Shown here piece by piece: positions 1 through 13,416 of a stretch of DNA of 64,000 bases (position 1 is the first letter of the stretch; every line of letters begins with the position of its first letter). The position numbers and the translations under genes were made by a program. The stretch comes from Phyllosticta citribraziliensis (Eukaryota). The DNA is taken from NCBI RefSeq assembly GCF_038025025.1, contig NW_027117338.1:372001-436000 (forward strand), given 5' to 3'. The notes under the pieces are model-generated. The model made no database searches and had not been told where the DNA came from. It saw only the letters and a program-made list of their open reading frames with translations.

Positions 1-282
1 CGAAAGGTAAAGCCGAACCACCAGTTGCCAAGACCGCCCACCGAGATGCAGCCGCCCCATCATCCGCTTCCTTGCCTCTCCAACCTCCATCTTCTTGCCA
101 TCCAACTTGCATCCTCCACTCGAAAGCCTCGACACAACTCTACGATACACGGCTCTTGTGCTGATAACGCGAGACCGACGCGCAAAACCAACACTACCAA
201 TCCTGCACCTCGAACACCACACTAAACTTGCGTCACATCACAACCACCAACCACCCTCTCCCCGCGTCACCGCAAATACGCC

Positions 283-1131
283 ATGGCTTCGTCAATTATC
301 AACGTCCTCTTGACCTCCTTCCCCGGACTTGGACTTCCGTCAACACTCTCTCTACCGCTTTCCGCCCAGTCGACAATCTCAGACTTCACCCAGACGGTCC
401 ACTCGCGGATACCCGCCGTCAACAACCGACTTATTTTCACGACCGTCTCCAACAAACTACTGGACCCAGAATCACCAGCACCAATCGCGTCTCTTCTCTC
501 ATCACCCGAAGATGCATTCCTGTCGCTCCGCCTCAGTGCTCCGCTATGCGGTGGCAAGGGAGGTTTCGGATCGCAGCTCCGCGCTGCCGGCGGCCGCATG
601 CGCAAGAAGCGTGGCCAAGGCGAAAACAATGGATCATCCCGCAACCTCGAAGGCCGTCGTCTGCGCACCGTAACCGAAGCCAAGGCGCTGGCCGAGTACC
701 TGGCCATCAAGCCCGAAATGGACAAAAAGGAGAAGGAGGAGCGTCGCAAGCGGTGGGAGGACATTGTGGCCATGGCGGAGCGGAAGGAAGACGAAATCAA
801 GAATGGAGGCAAGGGGCGCCTGGATGGGCAGTGGATGGAGAGTAAAGAGGAGGCCGAGGAGAAGACGAGAGAAGCAGTTTTGGCGGCGATGAAGAACGGC
901 GGAATCAGTGATGTTCTGGGGAAGAAGGAGAGCGATTCATCTGCTAGCCCATCCGAGGGCAGTGCAGAGGAGAGCGAGGAAGAGGTTCAAAACAAGGCTA
1001 CCTCGTCCAAACCAGCACCTGCCCAACGGACATTCTTTGGTTGGGACGAGGATGAAGACATGAGCGACTCGGAAGAAGACGAGGAGGAAGCGGAGGTCGA
1101 AGTCAGTGGCAAGGGCAAGGGCAGAGCTTGA
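283..1131 (+). CDS. SDE2: Sde2 family protein (ubiquitin-fold-activated splicing / telomere-silencing factor), 282 aa, single exon
   Basis: N-terminal ubiquitin-like region ends in [14 protein letters not shown], the Sde2 cleavage signature. It is followed by [20 protein letters not shown] and an acidic C-terminal tail. Confidence 0.93.
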   Translation: MASSIINVLLTSFPGLGLPSTLSLPLSAQSTISDFTQTVHSRIPAVNNRLIFTTVSNKLLDPESPAPIASLLSSPEDAFLSLRLSAPLCGGKGGFGSQLRAAGGRMRKKRGQGENNGSSRNLEGRRLRTVTEAKALAEYLAIKPEMDKKEKEERRKRWEDIVAMAERKEDEIKNGGKGRLDGQWMESKEEAEEKTREAVLAAMKNGGISDVLGKKESDSSASPSEGSAEESEEEVQNKATSSKPAPAQRTFFGWDEDEDMSDSEEDEEEAEVEVSGKGKGRA

Positions 1132-1938
1132 GAATCCAGTTGGCAGTATCAGAGTCGGAGAATTCGGGTCACTTGAGCAAAGGCGTTTGGAGTTTTGGTT
1201 GGTCGCATCATCTATCTCGTTTATACCCACATTGTACGCCCATGCAAGGCGAAGCAGCTCACCTACACTCAACGAGTTCGGGTTCGAGTCCAAATTAAGA
1301 CATTGTTTACACTTCCATCATTTCATTCTGATTGCGCCGTCCACCAGCTCTCGTCCGGTGCTTTACCTGCCCGCCGACTGTGGGCCTTTTTCTCTCTCTC
1401 ACCTATCAAGCAGAGCTCATCGACCGCGCGCACCCGGCTCTCTCCCTCCTTTTTCCTCCCGACTCTAGTTACTGTCCTGCCGGCATCTTGGCCACACAAA
1501 CACGCTTGCCGCGGTACGCGCTTAGGCACAAGCACCATGCAGCAGCAGCGGCGGCGGCGGCGGCGGCGCGCTAATGCAGGGCCAAAAATCGCCGACTGAC
1601 GGAAGATGAGAAGGTTAAGATGTGAGATATATCTGTTGCAATGGATGGTTCGCTGTCGCCTGTCGGCGGCGACAAAGCGGTGGTGGGTGTAGAGAGAAGT
1701 AGGAGTGAGTGCTTTGAATACTTTGAATGCTGTACCACTGTGGCCAAGGAGTTTTTTTGTTTGATGTTGCTTTGGATGGAAGTGGTCGACTGAGCTGGTT
1801 ACTTTACGCCTGGGAGCTGTCATCCACCATCAACAATCCACTCCATCATACATGGACACAGCACGTATCCTCCCCTCCCTTCCCTCTTCTTCCTATGTAC
1901 CTTACCTATCTATATTGTACCAGCACGCCTGCCCACAA

Positions 1939-1978
1939 CCACCACCACCACCATCACCATCATCATCATCATCATCAT
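1939..1978. repeat. (CAC)n/(CAT)n compound trinucleotide microsatellite, intergenic
   Basis: ccaccaccaccaccatcaccatcatcatcatcatcatcat read directly. Confidence 0.85.
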
Positions 1979-3370
1979 CCCTGCCACTCACCGCAACCGA
2001 CTCGTCTAGACCATTGCGCCCTGACTCAGTCGCCTCACCTATCCTGCCCGACCCGCCGCACGCGCCTCTCCTTTCCTATTCGCTGAACCCGATGTGCACA
2101 CGGGAAAAGAGAAAAGAGAATCAAAAAGAAAAGAAAAGAAAAGCTGCAAGGCATGCAAGGCAAGGCAAAAGTCTCGTGGGCGCAGTGAACACCGACATAC
2201 CCGACGAGGAAGTACATGGGATATGGAATACTTGACCGGGTACAGGTACATGTAGGTAGTGCTTGCTGTAGCGGCACACGTCTTTTCAATGTACTGTACA
2301 TACCTTACACATTACCATGGCCGCAACCCCCTTCCTTCTTCTATCACTAAATATCCACGTCCTCGCGCCGGGCAGCAGCGGTATGAATGCCGAAGAAATA
2401 CTGCCAAGATGCAGTATTTCATGGTACAGTGCACATGCATGGATAGCTTACTCGTCCGTGGTAGGGAGGTGGAAGGATAGCTTAGCGTCCCGGCCGGCGG
2501 CGCGTGGCAGACAGGGCTGCTATTGAGTAAGTAGTGGAGGAAGGCACTGAGGTGGTATGCAAGCCGTTCCGGCCGGCCGGCCGTCCGTCCGCCTGTCCGA
2601 GGGTGTACGGCGAAGGCTTTCTTTTGGCTGTGTGGTGTGTTGGGTTGTTTCTGTTGCGTGGGGAAGAGGACGAGGAGGACGAGGAGGGAAGGAAGACACG
2701 ACCGTCTAGCAGCAGCAAAAGACACGGCAACAAATCCAAGTAGCAGTACCAATCCAATCCAATCCCTTCCAAATTTTTGTACATAGCTACCGTCAGCCGT
2801 ATCAATAGTGGCTACCTAGCAGAGTAGTGTGCTGTGTGTATATCTCCTCCTCGTCACCATCGTTAGCTCTTCTACCCTTCCTCTGCTTCTCCATCCTTCC
2901 AAGCCACTCAGTAAGGCTGACTGTCCACGTCGCGTCCACCTCCCGCGTTGGACCCAGCGACCAACCAACCGCGTATTAGAGAGTTTTTTGTAGCAAACCC
3001 TTTTGTGATAGAAAACGGAAACGGAAACAAAACCTTGACCGCAAAAAGGTCTGAATAGAGAGATCCTCGTGAACGCCGCGGCGGCAGTAGCGGCTGGCAG
3101 CGAGCAGCGGGGCGACGGAATTGAAAACATAAGGGAAGAATGGGTGTGTTCTTGAACAACAGGTAAAAAGGTGGGGGAAGGAACCGGAAAGGTGCGGAAT
3201 CCGACGTAGTAGTCGATCAAAGATGCGCTCGCCCGCTCAACCCTCCAATCTAGAGAGAGGTCGCTCGCTCGCTCGCTCCTGTAGTGTATCTCAAATCGAC
3301 CCAAGCACACTCAAAAACGAAGCAGAAGAAAAACGAACCACAAAGGAAATAGGGCAGTAGGGTGGCGTTC

Positions 3371-4211
3371 TCATAACTCGGCACCCGTATAAGTGAAGCC
3401 GGGAATCGGCCACCCGTACACGCGCTCGGCCAAAATGCGCAACTCCATGGGCTTCAGCGGATCCTGATACTTCTCAATGACGTTGATCTTGTCGAGGGGG
3501 TGCAGCACGCCCTCGCCAAACCAGGCCTGGCGCTCGCAGTCGGTGCGGGCGGCGGCCGTCCACCAGCGCGGCACGACGCCGCGCTCCTCGGCGTGGTCGA
3601 GGAAGCGGATGAAGCCCTTGAGCGGGTGCTGGTGCGTCGAGTTGTGCACGCCCGTCGCGATGCCCGCGAACACGTACTCGTCCTCGACGCGCAGCCGGTA
3701 CGCGTCGATGTATTCTTGGTAGACGGGGCGGGCGCGCTCGCGGCTGATGCACTTGGGGAGGTGCGTGGGCTCGTCGCTCTCTTGGCAGTCGAGCGAGCAG
3801 TACAGGGCTTGTTTGCAGCGCACGCAGGGGATGAGGCCGGTGGGCAGTTTGGAGTCGCGGCGGCGGCAGGTTGCGCACGACGGGGTGGAGGAGGAAGAGG
3901 AGGAAAGGTGGTGATGGTGGTGATCCTGTTCGGGGGAGTGGCCGGCGTCTGGAGTCAGTCAGTCAGCCAACAAGTCATTGATCAACTAGGTATCTGAGAG
4001 AGGTCTAGAGGTGTATGATATCATTCTGGGCCATATCCATACCTTTGTGTAGATCAGGACGATCGCTACTGCTTGAGCGGGACGCACGAGGAGGGCTCCC
4101 GGGATTGCCGCAAATAGCCTTGACGCGCTCGTTCAGCTGCGCTTCGTCGTCGTCCACGTCCACGGTGGTGGAAGCCCCAATGGCAGCAGCGCTGGCGTCC
4201 ACAGTGGCCAT
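3371..4211 (-). CDS. MYND-type zinc finger protein, ~248 aa; exons 4211-4043, 3948-3371
   Basis: Spliced product contains CATC..x..CVRCKQALYCSLDCQESDEPTHLPKC (MYND pattern), then a C-terminal domain YRLRVEDEY...PRWW...LRILAERVYG. Intron 3949-4042 (GTATGG...GCTGAC...CAG) keeps the frame (747 nt). Confidence 0.82.
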
Positions 4212-4717
4212 GATCTCTGCAGCAGCGGCCGACGCATATGGATATGTGCGGACAAACAGAGTACTGTGGCAGAGTGAAGACGGGGGGAACAAAAAGGGGA
4301 GGTGTGTCAGTCAGTCAACTGTAACGAACAGGGCCCTTCACTCAGCAGGGCTCTGCTCTCTGCCTGCTGGCTGCTCGCTGCAGCTGAGGCGGAGGTGGCG
4401 GAGCTTTATGCTTTCTTTTTACAAGGATACTGCTTTTTCGCATGCGCATTCTAGACCTCATCTCCAGCATTCAGAGTCACATGAATTTCACATGACGCTG
4501 CCTGCAGTTAGGTATCTCCAGTCGGTTCCGTCGCTACAGGCCGTCACCACTTCCACTCGAACGGACGTCTCTCTTATCGCCGCTGTAGCAAGCCGGCACA
4601 GAGCACTTTTGCTCTCCTCTCCGCCATGTATCTGTCCTTCACTTCCCACTGCCGTCCGTCCAATCCGTCCGTCCTGAGCTGCTTGCTGCCACCTTGCGCA
4701 ATCCAATCGACGCCGCC

Positions 4718-6546
4718 ATGCTGTCCGTTTCGCCCTCCCCCAGGTCCTTCCTTGCTGTGCGCCACATCTGCCACCACCACGTCCGCACGCGCCGCCCACT
4801 CTTGCTGCTCTCAGCACCCCGCCGCGCCTTTATAAACACACCACGACGGAATCTCCGCGCCATTGACCTTTCAGAAAAACATTTGGCCAATATGAAAGTG
4901 AACGGGGGCAGATTGATGGAGGAATTGCACCGCACGTGCGCGTTTGGGACCGGCCAGCGCTGGGGAGAGTATGCAGCGTCTCCTCTTCTGACTCTGATTC
5001 ATGTCTCTCTCAATGTATTATCCAACTCCAATTCCACTCCACTTCTCGCAGCGCCTCAGCTGGCAGCATCAAAAGAAACACGGGAAAAAGTGTTTTGTTT
5101 CGCGCGAACCATCCAACACCAATAAGACTAATGGCTATGCTTCCCCAGAGCCACCACCGACACGGGCATGTCGCGCCTGTCCCTCACTGACAGCGACAAG
5201 CAGGTCCGCGACTGGTTCGTAGACGCGACGCGCGCCCTCGGCTGCCACACGACCGTCGACCAAATGGGCAACATCTTCGCCGTGCGCCGCGGCCGCCGCG
5301 ACGGGCCCGCCACCTTTGCCGGCTCGCACCTCGACACGCAGCCCGCCGGCGGCCGCTACGACGGCATCCTGGGCGTCCTGGCCGGCGTCGAGATGCTCAG
5401 GACGCTGGTCGACAACGACGTCGAGACCGAGTACCCCGTCGGCGTCGTCAATTGGACAAAGTGAGTCGTCGACAACTTGTTCCAGGCGCAGCAATTGACC
5501 GCGTGTGCCGTGCAGTGAAGAGGGCGCTCGCTTCCCCATCTCCATGGTCTCTTCGGGCGTCTGGGCCGGCGTGATTCCGCTCGAGCGCGCCCACAACCTC
5601 CAAGAAGTCGGCCGCGGCACGGCGACGATGAAGTCTGAACTCGAGCGCATCGGGTACCTGGGAACCACGCCCGCAAGCCACGAAGCCATGCCCATGGCCG
5701 CGCATTTCGAGCTGCACATCGAGCAAGGCCCGAAGCTGGAAGCGACCGAGCAGAAAATTGGCGTCGTTCAGGGGGTCCAGGGCTACCGCTGGTTCACAGT
5801 CGACGTCAGGGGCAGGGGTAAGGAGCTGCGCCAACCATCTACCCCTGACGCCCCTCAACACAGCTGACTTTGTCTCTCCTCTTTCTGCAGAAAGCCATTC
5901 GGGCACGACTGACCTCGCCAATCGCGCCGACGCACTGCTGACGGCCTCCAAGCTCATCCTGCACTCGCACCGCCTGGCCGCGCGCCACGACGCCCTCGCC
6001 ACGACCGGCATCCTAACGCTGTCGCCCGGCTCCGTCAACACGGTTCCCGGTAGCGTGCGCTTCTCGCTCGACATCCGCTCGCCGGACGAGGCGCGCCTGC
6101 AGCTGCTCGACGATACGATCCGCCAGCACTTTGCCGCCATTGCGCGCGGCGGCGATGAAGAAGCCAACGTTTTCGCCGACGCCGATGCAGTCCGCGGCTT
6201 GCCCTGCGATGTCTCCATCACCGAGGACAGCAGGAGCCAGGTGCTCAAGTTTGACGCCGCAGCGGTCGCGGCCGTGCGCAAGACGGCGGAGCGTGTCGAC
6301 GCCGTTGGCGGCCGTGTCATTGACATGACGAGCGGCGCGGGTCACGACTCCGTCTACGCCAGCGTCCGCTGTCCGACGGCCATGGTGTTCGTGCCGAGTA
6401 GAGACGGTATCAGCCACAACCCTCGCGAGTGGACTAGTGCGGAGGATTGCGCGTTGGGAGCCCAGGTGCTGATGGGGGCGGTCTTGGAGTGGGATAGGTC
6501 GAGGGCTGCAGCGGCCATTGGGGGAGACGGGGCGGGTTCGAATTGA
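4718..6546 (+). CDS. M20-family Zn amidohydrolase (N-carbamoyl-L-amino acid hydrolase / fungal beta-ureidopropionase-like), ~506 aa; exons 4718-4968, 5149-5460, 5516-5817, 5891-6546
   Basis: Motifs GSHLDTQPAGGRYDGILGV, NWTNEEGARFP, HFELHIEQGP, HSGTT, SGAGHDS and GISHNPRE. Three GT-AG introns give a 1521-nt open frame. The N-terminus is Arg/Ser/Leu-rich and acid-free. Confidence 0.9.
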
Positions 6547-7503
6547 AAGCTTTTGCTCCTTTAATCTTGGACGTCAGTTACGTGAGTAGGTAATCCCAAA
6601 ATTGGCATCTAGGAGACGACATTGCGGTCCAGAGGACAACGTGGTGGTCGGTGACGCGAACACATCTTTCCCCCTTGATGGCCGCAAACCCGAGAGCAGC
6701 AACACCACTTACCAGCGAGGCCCAGCGTCGCCCCCCTCACACTCCAACTCATCTCCCGCGCACTCCCAGTCCCTTATCTTGTCATCCTTTACCTAAATCG
6801 CCAAGGCGAACAAGCCCGTAAAAGAAGCAGGACAAGACCTGGGCAGCCGCAGTCAAGCCTCGTCCACCCGAGAAACCGAAGTTTAGCCTTTCACAACCTC
6901 CATTGCTCCGGTCCTGCGGTGGATCGCGCGCGTGGTCGCTCGTGAAAGATTTTCCTGCGTTCAGAGGCCGTGTTGAACGTGGGACTGTGGCCAAGATTAC
7001 TTGGGTTGAAGGCACGGAAAGTTACGACGAGCGCCAAGACGATTGTTATGGCCGACAAAGCTGCGGTGAGGAGGGATCTGAAAAGGACAATCGGCCAGGT
7101 CAGTTGAAACGCCGCGGGTATTGGCAAGAGTGTGATCAGCAGATACAACGGTTGCAATCAAACAAGACAGATGCGCAAAACAAACAAACGACAAATTTCA
7201 AAAAATGAACAAGGTTGATTTGGTGGTATCTTGATCTAGCAACGGCAGGCAGGGAAAGACAAGTGTAAACAGCGTTTGAAGGGAAAAGAAATAAACAGAC
7301 GACTCTCAGGGGAGGGAGCAACCACTGTCCAAAAGCAGCAGCACTGCGATGGTTGAAGACCAGTTTTTTGTCGTCACTTCGTGTCGTCTCGTCTTTTTTT
7401 CTTTCGATCCAACCCATGGTTCAAAAAGAAATCGAATCGAATCTCCAGAGTCGACGTTTCTCACGTTCTCGTACTCTTTTTTAGTGGCGCGCTGTCGACC
7501 TCA

Positions 7504-9361
7504 TTAGCTCGACTTAACCTCCGCGCCCGAGGTACCCTTTTCATCGTACTTTTCCGTGCTGCTTCTGCTCCCATCCCCATTTTCGCTGTTGGAAACTTCT
7601 GTTTCGACGAGCGGACCCGTGTAGAACTTGTTGGCTCCGAGCCACCAACAGATCATGGAGAAGATGATGACGGCCATGAGGTAGACAATGGCCCAGTTCA
7701 TGTTTGCCGCCGTCGTGGGCCGCTCCGTAGGCAAAATGAAGATGATGGATACGAAGACGGTCCAGATGCATGCCCAGGCGTTAACAAGCCATGAGGCAGC
7801 ACCCATGTGCCAGGGTCCCCTCTCAAAGCGGCCGGAGGTCATCTTGCAAAAGATGGGGATAATGTAGGACCAGTCGAGGGCAATGGCGCAGGCGTTGAAG
7901 ACACCGGCAATGGCGGTGTAAGAGCCGAGACCAATCAAGTTGATGGCGATGCACCAGAAAATGCTGAACCAGACGGCGTAGATTGGTGTGCCGGTGCTAT
8001 TATGCGGAGATTGCGTTAGCGTGGGATGCACGGCAATGACTTGCAAGTGTGTGGGGTAGAAACCTACCGCTTGTCGATCTTGGTCCAAAGGTGGGATCCA
8101 GGAATCAGGCGGTCACGCGAGTAGGCAAAGACTGTGCGAGCAAGAGACTGCGTCGCGGACCAGCAAAGGGTTTGCAGGATGATGAAGGCGCAGACGGTGT
8201 AGAAGATACCACCAGCCTTGCCGAGAGAGTTGTAAAAGATTTGCGCGACAGGCTGCGCCATGGGGGAGGCGAGGATCTCGGCAGGGTCGCCCATGCAAAA
8301 GGCAAGAACAATGTTGTACAGGAAACCGCCAACGTAGGTAAAGGCCATGGCAGCGGAAATGCACCAAGGCGCCTTGATCTCGGGCTCGTTGATTCTGTGA
8401 CCAGTCAGCTTGTGCAAGGGGGAGGTGGAGAGGTTGCATCGTACTCTTCGGTAATGTGTGCCGTGGCGTCGTAATCGGTCATGGTCCACGAGACAGACAA
8501 GAAGCCAAACAGCCAGGACCATCCAATGGGCTGCCATCCGGTGGTGGACTCGGTATGGGTAAAGACGTAGGACGCGTCGTGCTTGTTGTCCGTCATGGCC
8601 AGGAGGGCGATGCAGCAAGAAACGAGGACGAGGACGTGGAAGATGACATAGCCCTTGGTAATCTTTTCCATCCAGTAGGTCGACATGGAGTTGACGAAGC
8701 CGCAAAGAACGGTCAGGGCAGCCATGACACCGACGGTGGCCTCGGTCGAGGGCTGGTATCTAAAGTCGGAACCCATGGAGACGGCGGCGAGGAGCAACTG
8801 TGCGGAACCATACTCGGAAGAGGCGACACCAGCAACCTGGCCCAGGAGGTTCAGCCAGCCGTCGACCCAGCTAATGGACGGAGCCCATTCCTTGGAGCAG
8901 AGACGTGACACGGTGTAGTACAGACCGCCGCAGGTGGGATAAGCAGAGACAAGTTCAGCCACCGAGCAGGCGATGCACATGCAGCCCGCACCAGAAATCA
9001 GCCAGCACCATACTACGGCAGAGGCACCGCCAGAGGTCAGAGGGTAGGTAAAGGTTGTGGCAGTCGTGGAAAAGAGGCCGCTGATGGAGACGGCAAAGGA
9101 AAAAGTCGACAGGTAACCGAACTCGCGCTTGAAGACCTGGGCGAGGGATTAGCTCTCACGTGAGGACGAAAAAGGAAGGAAGGAGAGGGTGTGACAGACT
9201 GGTTTGTATCCAAATTGGGCGGCCAGAGCCTTGTCTGCGTCTGTCATGCCGTCGAGCTGGAGCGGGCTTCCTTCATGTTCGCGAACCAGGCTCTCGGGCA
9301 CCTCGACAGCACCAACGCTGCTGCGTCTCCGGTTGGCGTGAGGGTCGCTTTCGGCTACCAT
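7504..9361 (-). CDS. APC-superfamily amino-acid/GABA/polyamine permease (ACT/UGA4-like), ~557 aa; exons 9361-9200, 9136-8445, 8394-8068, 7996-7504
   Basis: GYKPVFKREFGYLSTFSFA, SVAELVSAYPTCGGLYY, WTMTDYDATAHITEE and FAYSRD motifs, with about 12 hydrophobic segments. Introns phase-consistent (1674 nt). Confidence 0.92.
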
Positions 9362-12300
9362 GGTGGCAGAGAGTTGATTGAGAGTTGCTTTGGGGCGAGA
9401 GAGACTGAAGCGGACGAGTTGGGTCTGCGTGATTCACCTCCACTTGCGAAGACGAAGCGTCCGCCTGAAGCAACAGGAGTAGATTTGGTCCTGATCACAC
9501 TTCACCACGGTCTGCATGTGCAGCAAGTAGATAAGGAATGTATTCTGGGGTAGGCGGGTAAAGGGAAACCCTAGCCTTCGGACGTTGGCAGCACTGATTG
9601 CTGGGAGAGGAGCGTTTGACAGACGGATGGGGGGTGAGAGAGGAAGAGGCGAGCGGGCCGGTCTTAAAGGTAAAGCTGCGGGTGGGTTTGGGCAATGGAG
9701 GCAAGCATGCACGCACCAGCCGCAGGTACGTCGAGCGAAGGTCAAGTCGCCTCCACACGCTCAGATGGCACATCCCTGCCCGTCGGACAACATTTCTGGT
9801 AAATTGTAACGGTGCACAAGCCCCAAAAACTTATCAATGAATGGACCCCTCCATCTTGCGCCGTTTGATCGGCCAGTCCGGGAGCTTGGCCACTGCTAGA
9901 CCCAAGGCAGTATTGCTGACCGGGCGACATTTACTTTGAGTTGGCTTGCGACGATGGAGAGGAACGATAGGCGTCGGCCGTGGTGGTGAGGTGGCCGGGC
10001 AGGCAGTCTACGGTAACAAGGTGCTGACTAGGCTGCGTATCCCTTCTCGACTGGCAAACGGCAGATCGTCTTCGCTCAGATAGCAGGGTGGGCCAGCCTT
10101 ACGCCGAGCTTTGGGGTAGTTACGTCGTCGGCACAAGCGTCCTGGCCGGATTGTTGGCTCTGCCTGCGGTGCGGTGCACTGGTGCGGCGGGCAATTGGTT
10201 CAGCCGGTTGAAGGCCTTATCTGGCCGTCCGCGGTTGTTGGTGTTGAGAGAGGGCACCTCGAGGGCACAGCAGGGGGTCGAATTTTAGTGGAGGAGGGTC
10301 AACGGAGGGCCTCGTCAGTCGTCATAGGAGATGCCATGTCGACGCGATCGTCGTCAGCGAGACGTCGGTCAGTCCCTCGTTGTCGTTGACGGCACCTGAC
10401 ATGGCCGGAATGCCCGGTAAGATATGTGAGTGCATTGATATACCTTTTTTCCACTGTTCCAATTTTTTGGGGGTCCATGACGGCCGTCAGTCTCTGCCTC
10501 TCTGTCCGTCCCTCGTGTCCAGGTCTCTCTCCCGGCTCGAGGCGCGTGACAGGCTTCAGGTTCTCAGGATTCCCAGTCACGGGCGGTCGTTGGCCGGGCT
10601 AAGCTCAAAGAGGAAGCTTCACGTAAGCCAAGTGTCAAGAGGGAGAGGGCGCTCTGACGCCAAGCCGGAACAAGTCGTCGGTCCGAAGGATGCATGCCTG
10701 CAAGTGCGCTTGATGAAATGAAAATTTTTAACCACCACCCACTCGTACGCTGCTGTGCCCTGTTGCCTTCGGCCGTGCCATCATTATTCGGTTGTCGGAT
10801 AGAGAACCACTCGCCTGTCAGCCGTGAAACATTTGTAACGTCTGCGGCCCTTTCTCGCGATAGATCGATGCCGCTCTCATTTCTTCTCTGCCCGGCTGGT
10901 TCGGCCTCCGGTATCCGCAATCACCAACGATCGGCTGCATCGAACTCGAGTCCATATGACCCTCGATCATGCCTCCAGAGACCCTCGATTTCGTTTGTCA
11001 CTAATCAGGCACTGCTGTCCCTTGCCGACGGCTGCTCACTTTGCTCCGTCTTCTGTATCTTGCCTCTATCAAAAACTACCCCGACTGGCTACATGTACTC
11101 TGCTCATCCGAGCTCCAGTTGCCTCTCGAAATAGGCCGGTAATATACGCGAATCTTCACCTTTGTATTTTCACCCCGAATATTTCTTTACACTCTCTTCT
11201 GCTTAGCGCCTAGCCTTGGCCCCTCAAAGTATTACCACACGCCATGCACCCGTCCCACATGGCCATTGTTTCCTCGGGATACCTTCTCTGTCGAGCCATA
11301 GATGGACACTCGAACGAGCTTACCGCCCATGACGCTCCTAGCCAACGTCTCTCGAGGCAACTATTCCCGAGCAGACATTGGCCGTCGACTGTCGAGAGCT
11401 GCGCAACGCAGAACAAAAAAAGAAAACTTCTCCGCCAGAGCTTTCACCAAGTCCGGCCAAGCCTGCCAGTCGTAGCGAGCCGAAGCGACGACCTTCTTTC
11501 CCCCTTGAGTATAGGTTCCTGGATTTTGTGGAGAGCGCAAGCTTCTTCCTGGCTTTGTTCCTGGAGCTAGATCGCGACTGATTCGAGAACTTCCGTGCCC
11601 AGAACATCTCTTTGCCCTGCTGAGCAGCTCTATGGCGTGACAAGTTGGCCGTTGGCTTCCAAAAAGCCGTATTAGCTGGCACTTTCAGAAGCCTCTGCGT
11701 GGATTCTACGAAGACATGCCAGTGTATAAACCAGTGACCGTGCCTACGAACTTCGAACATTGTTCCTTGATTCCAACCATTCGTAAATCGCATTTGATAC
11801 AAGCATCAACCGGAAAAGGCCAATCTTCGTTTCGAAATCTTCTCCACACTATCAGTCTTTCTTAGTCAGGGAGACACTGCTTTGATATGACTACTTGACC
11901 AAGCACACGAACCTCAATCACCACGGCCAGCACAAGATAACAACGGCACCGCAGTGTCTTGGGACGGATGCCGACTATCGCATCGCTGTAGGCTTCGCCC
12001 CAGCGGTCCCATTTCCGAAATGCCACGGCATTGATTTTCGAGCATGGATTGGGAGGACCCTCGAGTCCCTTGGGACTCCCGGGAAAGGATTCTGTAAGGC
12101 ACAGCCGGCTATCTTGCTGAAGACGGTAAGCTCCAGGGGTTCCTGAAATCCAGGACTCCAGGACCCTTATCACCGTATGCCCGCATATCTATCTTCCTTA
12201 TCAGTCTCTCTGCTAGGACAGGGCATGCGTCGTGTGCAGCTTGCTCCTTCTTCTGATTGCGAACGAGACCTTGGGAGACAGGGATACTCTGGACTTGCAT

Positions 12301-13026
12301 TCCCTTTGAAGAAAAGGAGATGCAATCGAGCCATGGAATGTATTTCCGAAGCTGGTTCAAAGACGAGCTTCCTGCGCCCCTGGGACTCTGATCTAGAGTT
12401 CGACTTTGATCTCCTCGCGGCACCTCTCGGGCTTCAGAAACCAGAAGCTGGCTCCAATCTAATCAACAAGTTCATCTGGAATCCCGTGGACTTGACGCAA
12501 TCTACGACCTTGGTCGAATGGCGACGCTCCCTCCACACAATCCCAAAAGCACCACAGAAAGAGACTCGACATTGTTACCTGTTGCCGGACGAATGCTTCC
12601 AAGGATGATGACAACCCAATGCGACACACAGTCCAGCATCCGACCAATTACGACAGAATGAAGATGGCTGCCGGCTTTGATGTCAAGTCGCAGCGGTCAA
12701 TGCGAGTACGGGCACGAATATTGGTAGTTCTGCGCCACAGACGCCACTAAGCCGCCACATGCAACCTTGACTCACCGCCTTCGGACGGCCGACTCGCCAT
12801 CGCCTCGAGCACTCCGCCTCAACTTTTTCTTTGACGCGACAACGCACCATCAGCGACCCTACCGAGCTTTGCCGTAATATCGAACGCGCCCCTCGAACGA
12901 CGCCTCCGCGGCCCCAAGTGACACCACAAACCTTCCACCCTCCCAAAACCCTTACGCGACAAGTGCTGCGTTGTCCAAACTCTTCCTCTCGCGCCACCCG
13001 CCGGACTGCCACATTCGACGTCAACA

Positions 13027-13416
13027 ATGGCCGACGAGACCTTCTACGACGAGATCGAAATCGAAGACATGACCTTCGACCCAGCGATGCAAATCTACCA
13101 CTACCCCTGCCCGTGCGGCGACCGGTTCGAGATCTCGCTGGCTGACCTGCGCGACGGGGAGGACGTGGGCGTCTGCCCCAGTTGTAGCTTGATGATCAAG
13201 GTGATTTTCGATCAGGTGGGTTTCACATATACGCCCAAGTCGAGGGAGAACGGGGAGGTTGAGAGTCGTTGGGCTCAGGAGAGAGATCAGTGTGCATGAA
13301 GATGGGGGGAGTAGGGTTTTGCGTTCTTGGGCTGACCTTGGTGATTCTGACAGGATGACTTGCCTGATGAAGACGGTCAACAGACCGGCGCTGCGCCTGT
13401 TGCTGTCGCGGCGTGA
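13027..13416 (+). CDS. DPH3: Diphthamide biosynthesis protein 3 (CSL zinc finger), 83 aa; exons 13027-13215, 13354-13416
   Basis: [10 protein letters not shown]...[11 protein letters not shown]...[12 protein letters not shown] signature. Intron 13216-13353 is GTGGGT...GCTGAC...CAG. Confidence 0.96.
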
